A DNA stretch of 64,000 nucleotides, taken from Gemmatimonas sp. GTDB lineage: Bacteria > Gemmatimonadota > Gemmatimonadetes > Gemmatimonadales > Gemmatimonadaceae. This document shows positions 11,128 through 21,038 of this stretch, in pieces. The notes beneath the pieces are model-generated. The model was not told where the DNA came from. It did no database searches and worked only from the letters and a program-made list of their open reading frames with translations. The first letter of the stretch is position 1. Each line of letters opens with the position of its first letter. The position numbers and the translations under genes were made by a program. The DNA lies in assembly GCA_965279375.1 (NCBI GenBank), contig OZ257156.1:1056001-1120000 (forward strand), written 5' to 3'.

Positions 11128-11552
11128 GCGCGCAACCGCACGGCGTTCGTGGCATGACGCGTGTCGCTTTGGCGGCGCTTGCCGCAGTGCTGCTCGGCGC
11201 ATGCGGTGAAAGTCTGTCGACGATGACCACGACGGCGATGGACGGTTGCATCGCCGCGCGTAACCCTGTGTTCATGAGTGGACACGGGGCAGACGCGCTC
11301 AAGACGCCGCTGCCGAAGGACGTCGAAGCGCTCGCCATGCGCCTGCGCTACGATCGCGCGTTCAAGACGCTCAAGGTGATCGCCGAGAACGCGAAGGATC
11401 AGGTGACGCTGGTGTGCGCGCTGGACATCATGTCGCATAACGGCTACATCGATGTGCGCCTTTTCGTGGAGCGCTATCTGAAGCATCCTTCGCCCGATGT
11501 GGCGTTGAATGCGCGCTTGCTTCTCGATCGACCGGTTCCGACCGGACTCTAA
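11124..11552 (+). CDS. Hypothetical lipoprotein
   Basis: ATGA overlap with tkt stop; hydrophobic stretch plus LGAC lipobox. Confidence 0.65.
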   Translation: MSAQPHGVRGMTRVALAALAAVLLGACGESLSTMTTTAMDGCIAARNPVFMSGHGADALKTPLPKDVEALAMRLRYDRAFKTLKVIAENAKDQVTLVCALDIMSHNGYIDVRLFVERYLKHPSPDVALNARLLLDRPVPTGL

Positions 11553-11561
11553 CGGCCCAAC

Positions 11562-11996
11562 ATGTCCAACGGATCTCCTGGTATCGGCGGTATCGCCGTG
11601 CGCGCGGTGTTCGCGCTGCTGCTCGTGTTCGCGACATACAATCCGGAAGGCGTGTCGTTCTATCACTGGGCGATCGCGCCGCTCCTGGGACACGCGCCAT
11701 CCACGGGCTCCGCGCCGCTCAAATTTCTCACGGGTGTCGGTCTGTTGAGCGGTTGGGTGGTGTTTCTGAATGCGACTCGCCGATCGATCGGCATTGGCGG
11801 GTCGGTGTTGGTGCTGGCGATCGCCGGCGGCCTCGTATGGCTGCTTGTTGATACGGGCATGGTGAGCGCACGATCTGCGCGTGGCATCACGTACGTGGTG
11901 GAAGTGTGCACGGCCGTGCTGCTGGCGGTGGGGATGTCGTGGTCGCATGTGTCGCGCTCGCTCAGCGGGCAGATGGATACGGACCAGGTGGATTGA
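11562..11996 (+). CDS. Membrane protein, DUF6524-like
   Basis: Four hydrophobic segments; LVFATYNPEG.SFYHW and GMSWSH...LSGQ motifs. Confidence 0.75.
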   Translation: MSNGSPGIGGIAVRAVFALLLVFATYNPEGVSFYHWAIAPLLGHAPSTGSAPLKFLTGVGLLSGWVVFLNATRRSIGIGGSVLVLAIAGGLVWLLVDTGMVSARSARGITYVVEVCTAVLLAVGMSWSHVSRSLSGQMDTDQVD

Positions 11997-12009
11997 TCAC
12001 CTGTTGCGA

Positions 12010-14232
12010 ATGCAGATGATGGCGCGCCGAGTTGCCCTGTGCGCACTCGGCCTGGCGTGTACCCTGGGGCTCGGAACGATCGCGTACGCGCAGCGGGATC
12101 CGTCTGCGGGCTTTGTGTGGGATTCTCTGCCTCGTGGTCCGCGCGCCTTCCGCACCACGCGGGCCATCAAGCTCGACGGAGTCTTCGCGGAGCCGGAGTG
12201 GGCAATGGCCGACTCCATCACCGACTTCACACAACGCGATCCGCAGGAAGGGCAGCCTGCGTCTGAGCGGACCGTGGTGCGTCTGCTCGCCACGCCGAAC
12301 GGCTTGGCGATCGGTTGGTGGTGCTACGACAAGCAGCCCGAACTCATCGTACGCTCGCAGCTGCGGCGTGATGCGTCGTTGAGCTCGGACGACTACGTCT
12401 CCGTCGCCATCGACGGACTCTACGACAAGCGCAGCGGCTTCTACTTCCGCACCAACGCCAACGGTGCGCTGTGGGACGGTGAGCATCTGACGTTCGAGTC
12501 GGGGAACGAGAACTGGGATGGCGTGTGGGATGCGCGCTCCCGCGTGACGGCTGACGGCTACTTCGTGGAGATGCTGATCCCGTGGGCAACGCTGCGCTAT
12601 CGCAGCGACCTGTTCGTGTGGGGCATGAACTTCCGCCGCTTCATTCGGCGCAAGAACGAAGAGCAACTCTGGCGTGCATGGAAGCGCACCGAGGGCTTTC
12701 GATTCCTCGAGCGCGAAGGCGACGTTGCCGGCTTCGACAGCTTGCCCAATCGCGCGCGCGTCGAGTTGCGACCGTACGCGCTGAGCGAGAGTCGGCTGGC
12801 CAATCGCGTGCTGTTGCCGAGTGGCGGCGACTCGGTCACCAGTCCAGCAGGCTCGTACGGACACGTCGGTCTCGACGTGAAGATTCCCATCACGCGCACG
12901 CTCACGAGCGACATCACGCTCAATCCGGACTTCGCGCAGGCGGAAGTAGACCGTCAGGTGGTCAACCTGACACGCTTCCCACTGTTCTTTCCGGAGCAAC
13001 GCCTGTTTTTCACCGAAGGCGCCGGCATCTTCGACTTCGGGCGCATCCAGCAGACGCAAATGTTCTACTCGCGTCGCATTGGCCTCAGTCGGAACGGCAC
13101 GCCTGTGCACATCCCGTTCGGCATTCGCATGCAGGGTCGCGCGGGGAGCAACCAGATTGGGCTCTTGGCTGCACGCACGGGCGATGGCGAGAACGCCAAC
13201 AATCTCGTGGCGCGCGTCAAGCACGACGTGCTCGGTCGCGGCTATGTGGGCGCGATGTCCACACTCAACGATCGCGCGAACGGCACCACCAACCTGGCCG
13301 GCGGCGTGGACTTCAACCTGCCGTACATCGTGCGCGGCGGACAGAACCTCGTCTTGCTCGGCAACGCGGCATGGAGCCAGGATAGCGCCGGCGGACCGGT
13401 GGGTGGCCACTATCGACTCATCGCCGACTATCCGAACGACAAGGCGGACATGGTCATTCGGCTCGATCGCATCGATCGCGCCTACAACCCATCGCTCGGT
13501 TTTGTGCAGCAGCGCGGCGTTAACCGGCTCGGCGGCAGCACGAGCCTGACGCCACGACCGAAATCCGGGCCCATTCGCCGGCTCGAGTTCGATCTGCTCT
13601 CGTACAACGTGGTGTGGGACCTCGATTGGCGCCTGAGCAACGCGTCGTTTGAAGTGAAGCCGATCGGGCTGCAGTTCCAGTCGGGCGACAGAGTCGAGAT
13701 CAATCTGCAGCGCGCGTTCGACGCACCAGACGAGGCGTTCGAGATCTTTCCCGGATCCACGCTCGCGGCCGGTGGCTACTGGTGGAACCGCGTCGAGGCG
13801 CAGTACAGCGGCAGCGAAGCGCGCGTTGTTCAGTACTCGGTCAACGCCAGTACTGGCGAGTTCTACGACGGACGCTCGAGCGAAGTGAGCATTGGCATGC
13901 GTCTGCGTCGGTCGCCCCATTTGCTTGCGCAGCTGGATTTCGTGCACTCCGCGGTCACGCTGGGCGATGCCTCCTTCGCCGCGCAGACCGCGCGCTTGCG
14001 TGCCGACTATGCCGTCGGGCCACGACTCAACACGACGCTGTTTGCGCAGTGGGACAACGAATCCGACCGCGCATCGATCAACGCGCGCATGCGCTGGACC
14101 ATCGTGCCCGGGAGCGATCTGTACGTCGTGTGGAACAGCAACTGGGACACCGAAGTCGCGTCACACGTACGGTGGACGCGACCGCAGCGCGGTGGCCTCG
14201 TGGCCAAGTACGTGTACTTCTTCCGAAAGTAG
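12010..14232 (+). CDS. CBM9-like domain plus DUF5916 outer-membrane protein
   Basis: IKLDG...EW, EMLIPW.TLRY, TLNPDFAQAEVD...NLTRFPLFFPEQRLFFTEG, FYSRRIG; terminal YVYFF beta strand. Confidence 0.85.
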   Translation: MQMMARRVALCALGLACTLGLGTIAYAQRDPSAGFVWDSLPRGPRAFRTTRAIKLDGVFAEPEWAMADSITDFTQRDPQEGQPASERTVVRLLATPNGLAIGWWCYDKQPELIVRSQLRRDASLSSDDYVSVAIDGLYDKRSGFYFRTNANGALWDGEHLTFESGNENWDGVWDARSRVTADGYFVEMLIPWATLRYRSDLFVWGMNFRRFIRRKNEEQLWRAWKRTEGFRFLEREGDVAGFDSLPNRARVELRPYALSESRLANRVLLPSGGDSVTSPAGSYGHVGLDVKIPITRTLTSDITLNPDFAQAEVDRQVVNLTRFPLFFPEQRLFFTEGAGIFDFGRIQQTQMFYSRRIGLSRNGTPVHIPFGIRMQGRAGSNQIGLLAARTGDGENANNLVARVKHDVLGRGYVGAMSTLNDRANGTTNLAGGVDFNLPYIVRGGQNLVLLGNAAWSQDSAGGPVGGHYRLIADYPNDKADMVIRLDRIDRAYNPSLGFVQQRGVNRLGGSTSLTPRPKSGPIRRLEFDLLSYNVVWDLDWRLSNASFEVKPIGLQFQSGDRVEINLQRAFDAPDEAFEIFPGSTLAAGGYWWNRVEAQYSGSEARVVQYSVNASTGEFYDGRSSEVSIGMRLRRSPHLLAQLDFVHSAVTLGDASFAAQTARLRADYAVGPRLNTTLFAQWDNESDRASINARMRWTIVPGSDLYVVWNSNWDTEVASHVRWTRPQRGGLVAKYVYFFRK

Positions 14233-14239
14233 CGGCTGA

Positions 14240-15382
14240 CTACTGCTTGGCGTACGGCGCGCACAGCGGATCGCCGATGACCAGGTCCTTCCACAGCACC
14301 ATCAGCGACGCGGCGTAGAACGCCTCCGCCAGCGTGAACCCGCGCAGGTATCGATCGAAGAGGATCCCGGGATTCACGAGCGCTGCGGTGTAGGGTTCGC
14401 TCACGTACCCCTTCGCACCGGTGACACCCTGTGCAATCAGATCGACGATGCGGCTCTGCCCGCCGATGACCGGACCAAAGCTTCGCGCACTCGTGGATAC
14501 GAAGGTCTCGGCCAATGCCCCCGGAAGAAAGCGAATGGCGTGATAGGTCTTTGGATCGAACGCGCCGTCGTTGCTCCCCCAACTCGTGTAACCCATCACG
14601 GGCGAAGTCGGAGCCACGAACGCAGTCGTCGAATCGAACTGCACGTTGAATCCTCCGATCTTGAGCCACGTCGCAGCCTGATACAGCTGTCGATTCGTCA
14701 TCTCGTATCCATCGATCTTCCTTCCCGTCGGTCTCGCGTCGAACAGAAATGGACCCCGAACCGGGCGCGCAGCAATCGAGCGATCAACGAGCGCCAGACA
14801 GTCGGCGACCTTCGCGCAGTCGAGTCGCGTGACGAGATACATCCCGAACCGCTCGCTGTTGAACGGCTCCTTCGAGTTGAAGTACGGGCTGCGATGGCGC
14901 GCCAGCCAGGCGGTGTCGAAACCAACCATCGGAGGAATCGACAGACGCATGCCGGCTAGGTGCGCATCCACCGCATAGCCACTGCCACCGCGAATGCGCA
15001 ACGGCGTCCCCGTCGTCAGGACGATGAAGTCGATGCGCTCTGGTAGCGCGTCGATTGCCTCGCGAATGGGTTCCAGAAGCTTTGTGCGAAAGTCAGCCCG
15101 CGTGATCTCGTCACGTGGCGAAACACTCACGCGAACCACATGCGACGCGGCAATGCCGCGGTGCTGCACGTAGTAGCGTCCGACGGTGCCACTCGCAGCG
15201 CTTTGCTTGTTGATGACCACCAGCACGCGATCGGGGCCAGTGCGTGGTGGCGTTTTGACTGCCTGCGCCGAAGCGTTGCCTCCAACGATCAGGCTCGCGA
15301 CAGCCGCGCCGAACAGGCGCAGCAGCGGCCATCGCACCGCGGTGCATGCACGGTGGTTGGGGGTTGGGCGGGATACGATCAT
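14240..15382 (-). CDS. TIGR03790-family protein (exosortase-associated)
   Basis: VLVVIN...YY..RGI, YLVTRLD, YTSWGSND, GYVSEP, GFTLAEAFY, IGDPLCAPY; start may be GTG 15337. Confidence 0.85.
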   Translation of the reverse strand: MIVSRPTPNHRACTAVRWPLLRLFGAAVASLIVGGNASAQAVKTPPRTGPDRVLVVINKQSAASGTVGRYYVQHRGIAASHVVRVSVSPRDEITRADFRTKLLEPIREAIDALPERIDFIVLTTGTPLRIRGGSGYAVDAHLAGMRLSIPPMVGFDTAWLARHRSPYFNSKEPFNSERFGMYLVTRLDCAKVADCLALVDRSIAARPVRGPFLFDARPTGRKIDGYEMTNRQLYQAATWLKIGGFNVQFDSTTAFVAPTSPVMGYTSWGSNDGAFDPKTYHAIRFLPGALAETFVSTSARSFGPVIGGQSRIVDLIAQGVTGAKGYVSEPYTAALVNPGILFDRYLRGFTLAEAFYAASLMVLWKDLVIGDPLCAPYAKQ

Positions 15383-15448
15383 CTGCACACAATGCGCTGC
15401 GGAGTGCGTTGTGGGAACCGGCAGCGGCGGCTCAATGCTTTCTTCGGC

Positions 15449-17044
15449 ATGTCCTCCACCCTGACACTCGCCTTCGTTGCACCGTGGGAATGCTCGCGTG
15501 CGGTAGCCAACATACCCCGCCAACCTCGAAGCGATGTCGTGGTCGTTCTCCTCGAGTCCGTCGCCAAGGGCGCGTCCTTGCCGTGGCACCGACAGAAGCT
15601 CGTCCTCGTCCTGTCGGCGATGCAGCACTTCGCCAAGGCACTGGAGACGGCCGGCTTTCGCGTGCTCTACCGGCGCGTGCCCAGCTACGCCGATGGGCTC
15701 GTGGCGGTCGCGCAGGAGCTCGGGGCAAGCCGTGTCGTGGCGACGGAGGGACGAGAGCAGGACATGGTGGACGAACTCTCGCGCGCGGACGTATGGCTGC
15801 GCGAGATCGGCGTACCACTCGTGCTGCGCGAGGATCGCGGGTTTCTGGCGTCGCGCGGCGAGTTCGTGGAATGGGCCGCGGGCAAGAAGGAGCTGCGCAT
15901 GGAGTGGTTCTATCGGCAGATGCGTCGCAAGCATGGCATTTTGATGGAGCCCGATGGCACGCCGACCGGCGGTGCGTGGAACTTCGATGTCGAGAACCGG
16001 AAGCCCTGGCCGCGTGATCGCGCCGTGCCTGCACGCCTCGCCACCCCGCCCGACGAGCTCACCGCTTCCGTGATGCAGCGCGTGGCCGCTTGGCGTGGGC
16101 GTTGGGGAACGGTGGACTCGTTTGCCTTGCCGACCACACGCGCTGGCGCGAAGGCGTGGCTCGAACGCTTCATCGTCGAACGTCTGCCTGAGTTCGGGCC
16201 GTACGAAGATGCGCTCGTCTACGGTGAAGCAGACCTGCTGCATTCAGCGTTGTCATCGCTGCTCAACGTGGGCCTCCTGCATCCGCTGGAGATCGTTACG
16301 CGCGCCGAACGTGCGTATCGCGAGGGTCTGGTCCCAATCGCCTCCGCCGAAGGATTCATTCGCCAGATACTCGGCTGGCGCGAGTACATCCGCGGCATGT
16401 ACTGGCATCTCATGCCGGGGCTGCGCACGGCCAATGCGCTCGAAGCGCCGCTGCCACTGCCAGCGTGGTTCTGGGCCCCGGATGGTGAAGCGTACACCGA
16501 CTCGCACGAGGCTTCGTCGCCGTGCGGCATGCGCTGTCTCGCAGACAGCATTCGCTCGGTGCGCGATCATGGGCGCGTGCATCACATCGCGCGGCTGATG
16601 GTGCAGTGCAACTTTGCCACGTTGCTTGGCGTGGAACCGGCCGCCCTCGCGCGCTGGTACTGGAGCGCGTTCACGGACGCCTACGAGTGGGTGCAGCTCC
16701 CGAACGTGGTGGGCATGGGCACGTGGGGCGATGGCGGGGCACTGGCGTCCAAGCCCTACGTGGCATCGGGCGCGTACATCAATCGCATGAGCAACTACTG
16801 CGGCGGCTGTCAGTACAACGTCAAGGAACGCACCGGTGCCAAGGCATGCCCGGTCAACCTGCTCTACTGGGACTTCCTCGATCGACATCGCGCCCGCTTC
16901 GCGTCACATCCGCGCATGTCGATGATGATTCGCCACGTCGAGAAGATCCCTGATCCCGAGCTGGTGACGATTCGCCGAGAGGCGCAGGCGTTTCGCGCGT
17001 CGTTGGCATACGACAGCGACTTCGGGCCGCGCGTTCCGTTGTAG
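15449..17044 (+). CDS. Iron-sulfur bacterial cryptochrome/(6-4) photolyase (FeS-BCP, PhrB/CryB class)
   Basis: H.QKL, GG.WNFD.ENRK, FGPYEDA, EGFIRQILGWREY, HHI.RLM, KPYVASGAYINRMSNYCGGC...ACP (4Fe-4S cysteines). Confidence 0.93.
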   Translation: MSSTLTLAFVAPWECSRAVANIPRQPRSDVVVVLLESVAKGASLPWHRQKLVLVLSAMQHFAKALETAGFRVLYRRVPSYADGLVAVAQELGASRVVATEGREQDMVDELSRADVWLREIGVPLVLREDRGFLASRGEFVEWAAGKKELRMEWFYRQMRRKHGILMEPDGTPTGGAWNFDVENRKPWPRDRAVPARLATPPDELTASVMQRVAAWRGRWGTVDSFALPTTRAGAKAWLERFIVERLPEFGPYEDALVYGEADLLHSALSSLLNVGLLHPLEIVTRAERAYREGLVPIASAEGFIRQILGWREYIRGMYWHLMPGLRTANALEAPLPLPAWFWAPDGEAYTDSHEASSPCGMRCLADSIRSVRDHGRVHHIARLMVQCNFATLLGVEPAALARWYWSAFTDAYEWVQLPNVVGMGTWGDGGALASKPYVASGAYINRMSNYCGGCQYNVKERTGAKACPVNLLYWDFLDRHRARFASHPRMSMMIRHVEKIPDPELVTIRREAQAFRASLAYDSDFGPRVPL

Positions 17045-17081
17045 CGTTCCATAGCGACGCACCGTCGCATAGCATTCAGGC

Positions 17082-18239
17082 GTGGAGACTCCCCCAACGC
17101 GCCTGCACGTCAAGCCACCGCAGTCCACGCCCGCGCAACGCAAGGCGCTGCGCGAGGTCGTGCGCGCGTCATGCGAGAATCTGCCGGGCACGTATCGCAT
17201 GCTCGGCACCACGGGGATGGTGCTCTACGTAGGACAGTCGCGAAAGCTGCGCACGCGGCTGCTCTCTTACTTTCGCGCGAAAGGACGTCGCAACAAGGCC
17301 GCGCGTATCCTGCGACACGTCTTCCAGATCGAATGGGAGTACGCGCACACCGAGTTCGGTGCGCTGCTGCGCGAGCTGCGGCTCATCAAGCAATACCGAC
17401 CGCCGTTCAATGCGATGATGGTGACCGACGATTGGCCGCGCGGTTACCTCGCGCTCACCGGTGGACCCGTGCCCGGGTTGCGTGTCGTTCCGCGATCGGA
17501 TGATCCATTGGCGGTCGCGCTCTTCGGGCCGTTCCGCAAAGTGTCGGCGCTCCGTGAAGCGACGCGCGCCCTCGCTGAAGCGACCGGCCTTCGCGACTGT
17601 ACGCTCGAAGACGCGCGATCGGCGCGCGGTACGACTTCGCTGTGGTTTCAGGACGACGACACGCCGCGTAGCGCGACGCGTAAGGCGAGCACGCGCACCC
17701 GTGCGCCCGGCTGTCTGCGCCATGATGTGGGAACGTGCCCCGGGCCGTGTATCGGCGCGGGGGAAAGCGCGCGCTATCGCGACGCCGCGCGTGATGTCCG
17801 CGAGTTTCTCGAAGGGCGCAGCGATGCACCGGTGGCAACACTCACCCAGCAGATGCAGTCCGCTTCTGAATGCATGGAGTTCGAGCGTGCCGGGGTGTTA
17901 CGCGATCGCCTTGCCCGTGTTCGCTGGCTGCACGAGCGCGTGCAGCATTTTCACGCGAACGTCGACCGTCTTACCTTTCGCTACCACGCCGTGGGTCCGG
18001 GCGACCGCGAGTGGGTGTACCTCGTGCGCCGTGGGACTGTACGCGCCGAACTGCCAGCGCCTGTGACAGATGCGGAACATGCAGCGTTGGCCGCGCAGCT
18101 CGAACGCATCTACAACGGACCGGATCCCACCGGTGCCGACATTCCCACGCACGACCTCGACGAGTTCTACCTCGTGGCGAGTTGGTTTCGCCGGCGCCCG
18201 CACGAGCGGGCCCGCGTGGTGCGATCAGCTCACCGATAG
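17082..18239 (+). CDS. GIY-YIG nuclease, UvrC N-terminal/Cho-like, with UVR domain
   Basis: PGTYRM...LYVGQSRKLRTRLLSYF, ELRLIKQYRPPFN, C..C...CPGPC, MEFERAGVLRD; no UvrC C-terminal half. Confidence 0.85.
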   Translation: METPPTRLHVKPPQSTPAQRKALREVVRASCENLPGTYRMLGTTGMVLYVGQSRKLRTRLLSYFRAKGRRNKAARILRHVFQIEWEYAHTEFGALLRELRLIKQYRPPFNAMMVTDDWPRGYLALTGGPVPGLRVVPRSDDPLAVALFGPFRKVSALREATRALAEATGLRDCTLEDARSARGTTSLWFQDDDTPRSATRKASTRTRAPGCLRHDVGTCPGPCIGAGESARYRDAARDVREFLEGRSDAPVATLTQQMQSASECMEFERAGVLRDRLARVRWLHERVQHFHANVDRLTFRYHAVGPGDREWVYLVRRGTVRAELPAPVTDAEHAALAAQLERIYNGPDPTGADIPTHDLDEFYLVASWFRRRPHERARVVRSAHR

Positions 18240-18346
18240 ATGCACGAAGTGCCCGGATATTACTCCGGGCACCTCGTGTCCTGCACACCGTCCGCTCGCT
18301 TCGGGTCCCGCCCCTGGTTGGCGGAACGGTGCTTTCCCTTTGGCAG

Positions 18347-18547
18347 TTACGCCGGCTTCTTGCCCTTCTTGTGCGTCGTGTCCGACTTGGACTTGGCGCT
18401 GTCCGGCTTGGCCATTGCCGCCTTCTCGGTCGGCTTGGCAGGGGCCGCTGCAGTAGCAGCAGCCTTCTTGGCCGGCGGCTGCTGCGCAGAGGCAGACGCA
18501 GCAAGGACGACTGAGGCGGCGGCGACGGCGAGGCGAATACGATTCAT
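18347..18547 (-). CDS. Small secreted Lys/Ala-rich protein (66 aa)
   Basis: GGAG upstream of ATG; signal peptide ending ASA-Q; low-complexity basic mature part. Confidence 0.75.
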   Translation of the reverse strand: MNRIRLAVAAASVVLAASASAQQPPAKKAAATAAAPAKPTEKAAMAKPDSAKSKSDTTHKKGKKPA

Positions 18548-18673
18548 GGGTAGCTCCGGTGAAGCGTGGTGGCACTATGCACTGGTGACTGCGAAAGGCG
18601 CTCGCTCACTTGTCTTGGCCCTGTATGACGCGCAGCGTGAGTGCAGCACGAGTCACTCACGGTGACGCGGTGT

Positions 18674-18707
18674 AGAGTAGAGACACCGACCTTAACCGGC
18701 GATTAAC
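18674..18707 (-). promoter_or_regulatory. OmpR/PhoB-type direct repeat (TTAA-N7-TTAA) with -10 TACTCT
   Basis: cTTAACcggcgaTTAAC at 18691-18707 (11-bp period); minus-strand TACTCT at 18679-18674. Confidence 0.5.
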
Positions 18708-18735
18708 GATTTGAACTCCTCGCTCCCCTGCCATC

Positions 18736-19416
18736 GTGCGCCTGCTCGTCGTTGAGGATGATCCAAAGCTCGCTCGGCTGATCGCGCGTGGCTTGCGTGA
18801 GGCCGCCTATGCGGTGGACGTCACCGGGGATGGCCGCGACGCGATCGCGCAGGCCGCGATCAACAGCTACGACGCCATCATTCTCGACCTGATGCTGCCG
18901 GGCGCTGACGGACTGACCGTGTGCAAGACGGTGCGCGCGCGCGGCATCACGGCGCGCATTCTCATGCTCACCGCGCGCGACGCGATCGCCGATCGTATCG
19001 CGGGCCTCGACCAGGGCGCGGACGACTATCTCACCAAGCCATTCGACTTCGGTGAGCTGCTCGCACGACTGCGCGCGCTGCTGCGTCGGCCGGAGGTGCT
19101 GCAGCCGTCGCGACTACGAGTGGGCGACCTGGAGATCGATGCACTCGCGCAGTCTGTCGTACGCGCTGGTGTGCCGATCGCACTCACGTCCAAAGAGTAT
19201 GCGCTGCTCGACCTGCTCGCGCGGCGCGTTGGGCAGGTGGTGTCGCGAGCCGACATCGTCGCACACGTGTGGGACGACAATCACGACCCGTTCACCAACG
19301 CCGTCGAGGTTTACGTCAATCGACTGCGCGGCAAGATCGATCGGGAGCCGTGGTCTCCGCTCATCCACACTCGCCGCGGCGCTGGCTACATGCTCGCTGA
19401 ACGTCCGCCTGCCTGA
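18736..19416 (+). CDS. OmpR/PhoB-family response regulator
   Basis: LLVVEDD, ILDLMLP, GADDYLTKPF, VEVYVNRLRGKI, IHTRRGAGY. Confidence 0.95.
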   Translation: MRLLVVEDDPKLARLIARGLREAAYAVDVTGDGRDAIAQAAINSYDAIILDLMLPGADGLTVCKTVRARGITARILMLTARDAIADRIAGLDQGADDYLTKPFDFGELLARLRALLRRPEVLQPSRLRVGDLEIDALAQSVVRAGVPIALTSKEYALLDLLARRVGQVVSRADIVAHVWDDNHDPFTNAVEVYVNRLRGKIDREPWSPLIHTRRGAGYMLAERPPA

Positions 19417-19421
19417 TCGCG

Positions 19422-21008
19422 ATGCGTACCTCGATTCGCCTGCGGTTGACGCTCTGGAACGCCAGTGTGCTGGCGATGGTGCTCATTGCGTTCGCCACCG
19501 CTGGGTGGTTCACGCTCGCCGCGGTGTTGCGTGAACGTGGCGACGCGTCGGTGCGCGAATCCGCCGAGGCGATTGCAGGGGCCGTCCGCGCCGAACGTTT
19601 GGCAGCGCAGGCACGCGGCGAAGCAGTACCCGTGCGTGGTGACGCTGCGCGCGCGGCGCTGCGCGAGCTGCGCACGCACGATCTCGACATCTTCATCGCG
19701 GACGAGGCCGCGCGGGTGGTGGCCACCAGCCGCAGTGCCGCGCGTACTCGTTCTGGCGCATCGAAGCCGCGCGCGGTGGCGGCGGCGCCACGGCTGCCGG
19801 TGGAGGCAGACACCCTCGCGATTCCCGCGCCGGTGCGCGCGCTGCTGCAGGAGGGCGCGCGCACGGGCGAAGTGTTGGTTCAGAGTATCCGCTTTGACGA
19901 CGTGAACTGGCGCGCGGCAGTAACCCGCGTGTCTGGCGACTCCACGCGAGACGGCGACCGAGCGCTCGTCGTCGGTGTGCTGCGCTCGAGCGACGAAGAC
20001 CACGCCGTGCTGGTGCGCGTGCGAACAACGCTGCTCTTCGCGATCCCGTTCGCACTCATCGTATCGGTGCTCACGGGCTACGCGATCGCGAGACGCAGTC
20101 TGGCACCGATGGACGAGATGGCGGCACGCGCCGCGCGCATCTCTGCCGCGACGCTCAGCGAACGCCTTCCCGTCAACAATGCGCACGATGAGTTGGGTCG
20201 GCTCGCCACGGTCATCAACGATCTGCTCGGCCGCGTCGACGTCGCCTTCCGCAAACAGAAGCAGTTCGTCGCCGATGCCTCGCACGAGTTGCGCACGCCG
20301 ATCGCCATCGTTCGTGGCGAAGCCGATGTGACCCTCCAGCGGCCGGAGCGTGAGGAGCCCGAATATCGGGAGGCGCTGGCCGTCATCCGCGATGAATCGG
20401 TGCGGCTCACGCGCATCGTCGATGACCTGTTCCTGCTCGCACGCACCGACGCTGGAAGTCCTCTCGATCGTCGGGAACGCGTGGATGTTGCGGAGCTGCT
20501 GGGCGCAGGGCTGCGCAGTGTACGAACGATTGCTGACGCGCGTGGTGTTCAGCTCGATCTGATCGTCCCAACCGCCACCGCGAGCGCGACGACCTCGGAC
20601 GTACCGACCGTAATTGGCGATCGCGGGCTGCTGCGTCGCCTGCTACTCAACCTGTTGGACAACGCGCTCAAGCATACGCCGCGTGGTGGACGCGTAGCGG
20701 TCACCCTCTCTGCTGCGCCGACCCAAGTCGTCTTCGTCGTATCGGATACCGGCCCTGGTGTTCCGGCCGAACTGCGCCCGCGCATCTTCGACCGCTTCGT
20801 GCGTGCGGAGCATACCGTCGGCGCTGACGGCACGGTGCCAGCGGCGTCCGCCGAGAGCAGCATGATGCCCGAGGTGCCGTCGGCGAGTGGTGCCGGCCTT
20901 GGCTTGGCGATCGCTCAGGCCATCGCGCATGCACACGATGGTGACATCGCGCTGGACACCGACGCGCCGTCAGGCGCGAGCTTTCGCGTGACGCTGCCTG
21001 CCTCGTGA
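19422..21008 (+). CDS. HAMP-domain sensor histidine kinase
   Basis: Two TM segments, DELGRL HAMP, ADASHELRTP, NLLDNALKH, DTGPG, GAGLGLAI. Confidence 0.95.
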   Translation: MRTSIRLRLTLWNASVLAMVLIAFATAGWFTLAAVLRERGDASVRESAEAIAGAVRAERLAAQARGEAVPVRGDAARAALRELRTHDLDIFIADEAARVVATSRSAARTRSGASKPRAVAAAPRLPVEADTLAIPAPVRALLQEGARTGEVLVQSIRFDDVNWRAAVTRVSGDSTRDGDRALVVGVLRSSDEDHAVLVRVRTTLLFAIPFALIVSVLTGYAIARRSLAPMDEMAARAARISAATLSERLPVNNAHDELGRLATVINDLLGRVDVAFRKQKQFVADASHELRTPIAIVRGEADVTLQRPEREEPEYREALAVIRDESVRLTRIVDDLFLLARTDAGSPLDRRERVDVAELLGAGLRSVRTIADARGVQLDLIVPTATASATTSDVPTVIGDRGLLRRLLLNLLDNALKHTPRGGRVAVTLSAAPTQVVFVVSDTGPGVPAELRPRIFDRFVRAEHTVGADGTVPAASAESSMMPEVPSASGAGLGLAIAQAIAHAHDGDIALDTDAPSGASFRVTLPAS

Positions 21009-21038
21009 CGTGATGTGCGTGAAGACGGAGGCTGGTGG

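Noticed and set aside
15383..16243. N-terminal extension of the 667-aa minus ORF
   Set aside because: Antisense to the photolyase; TIGR03790 features begin near 15382-15337
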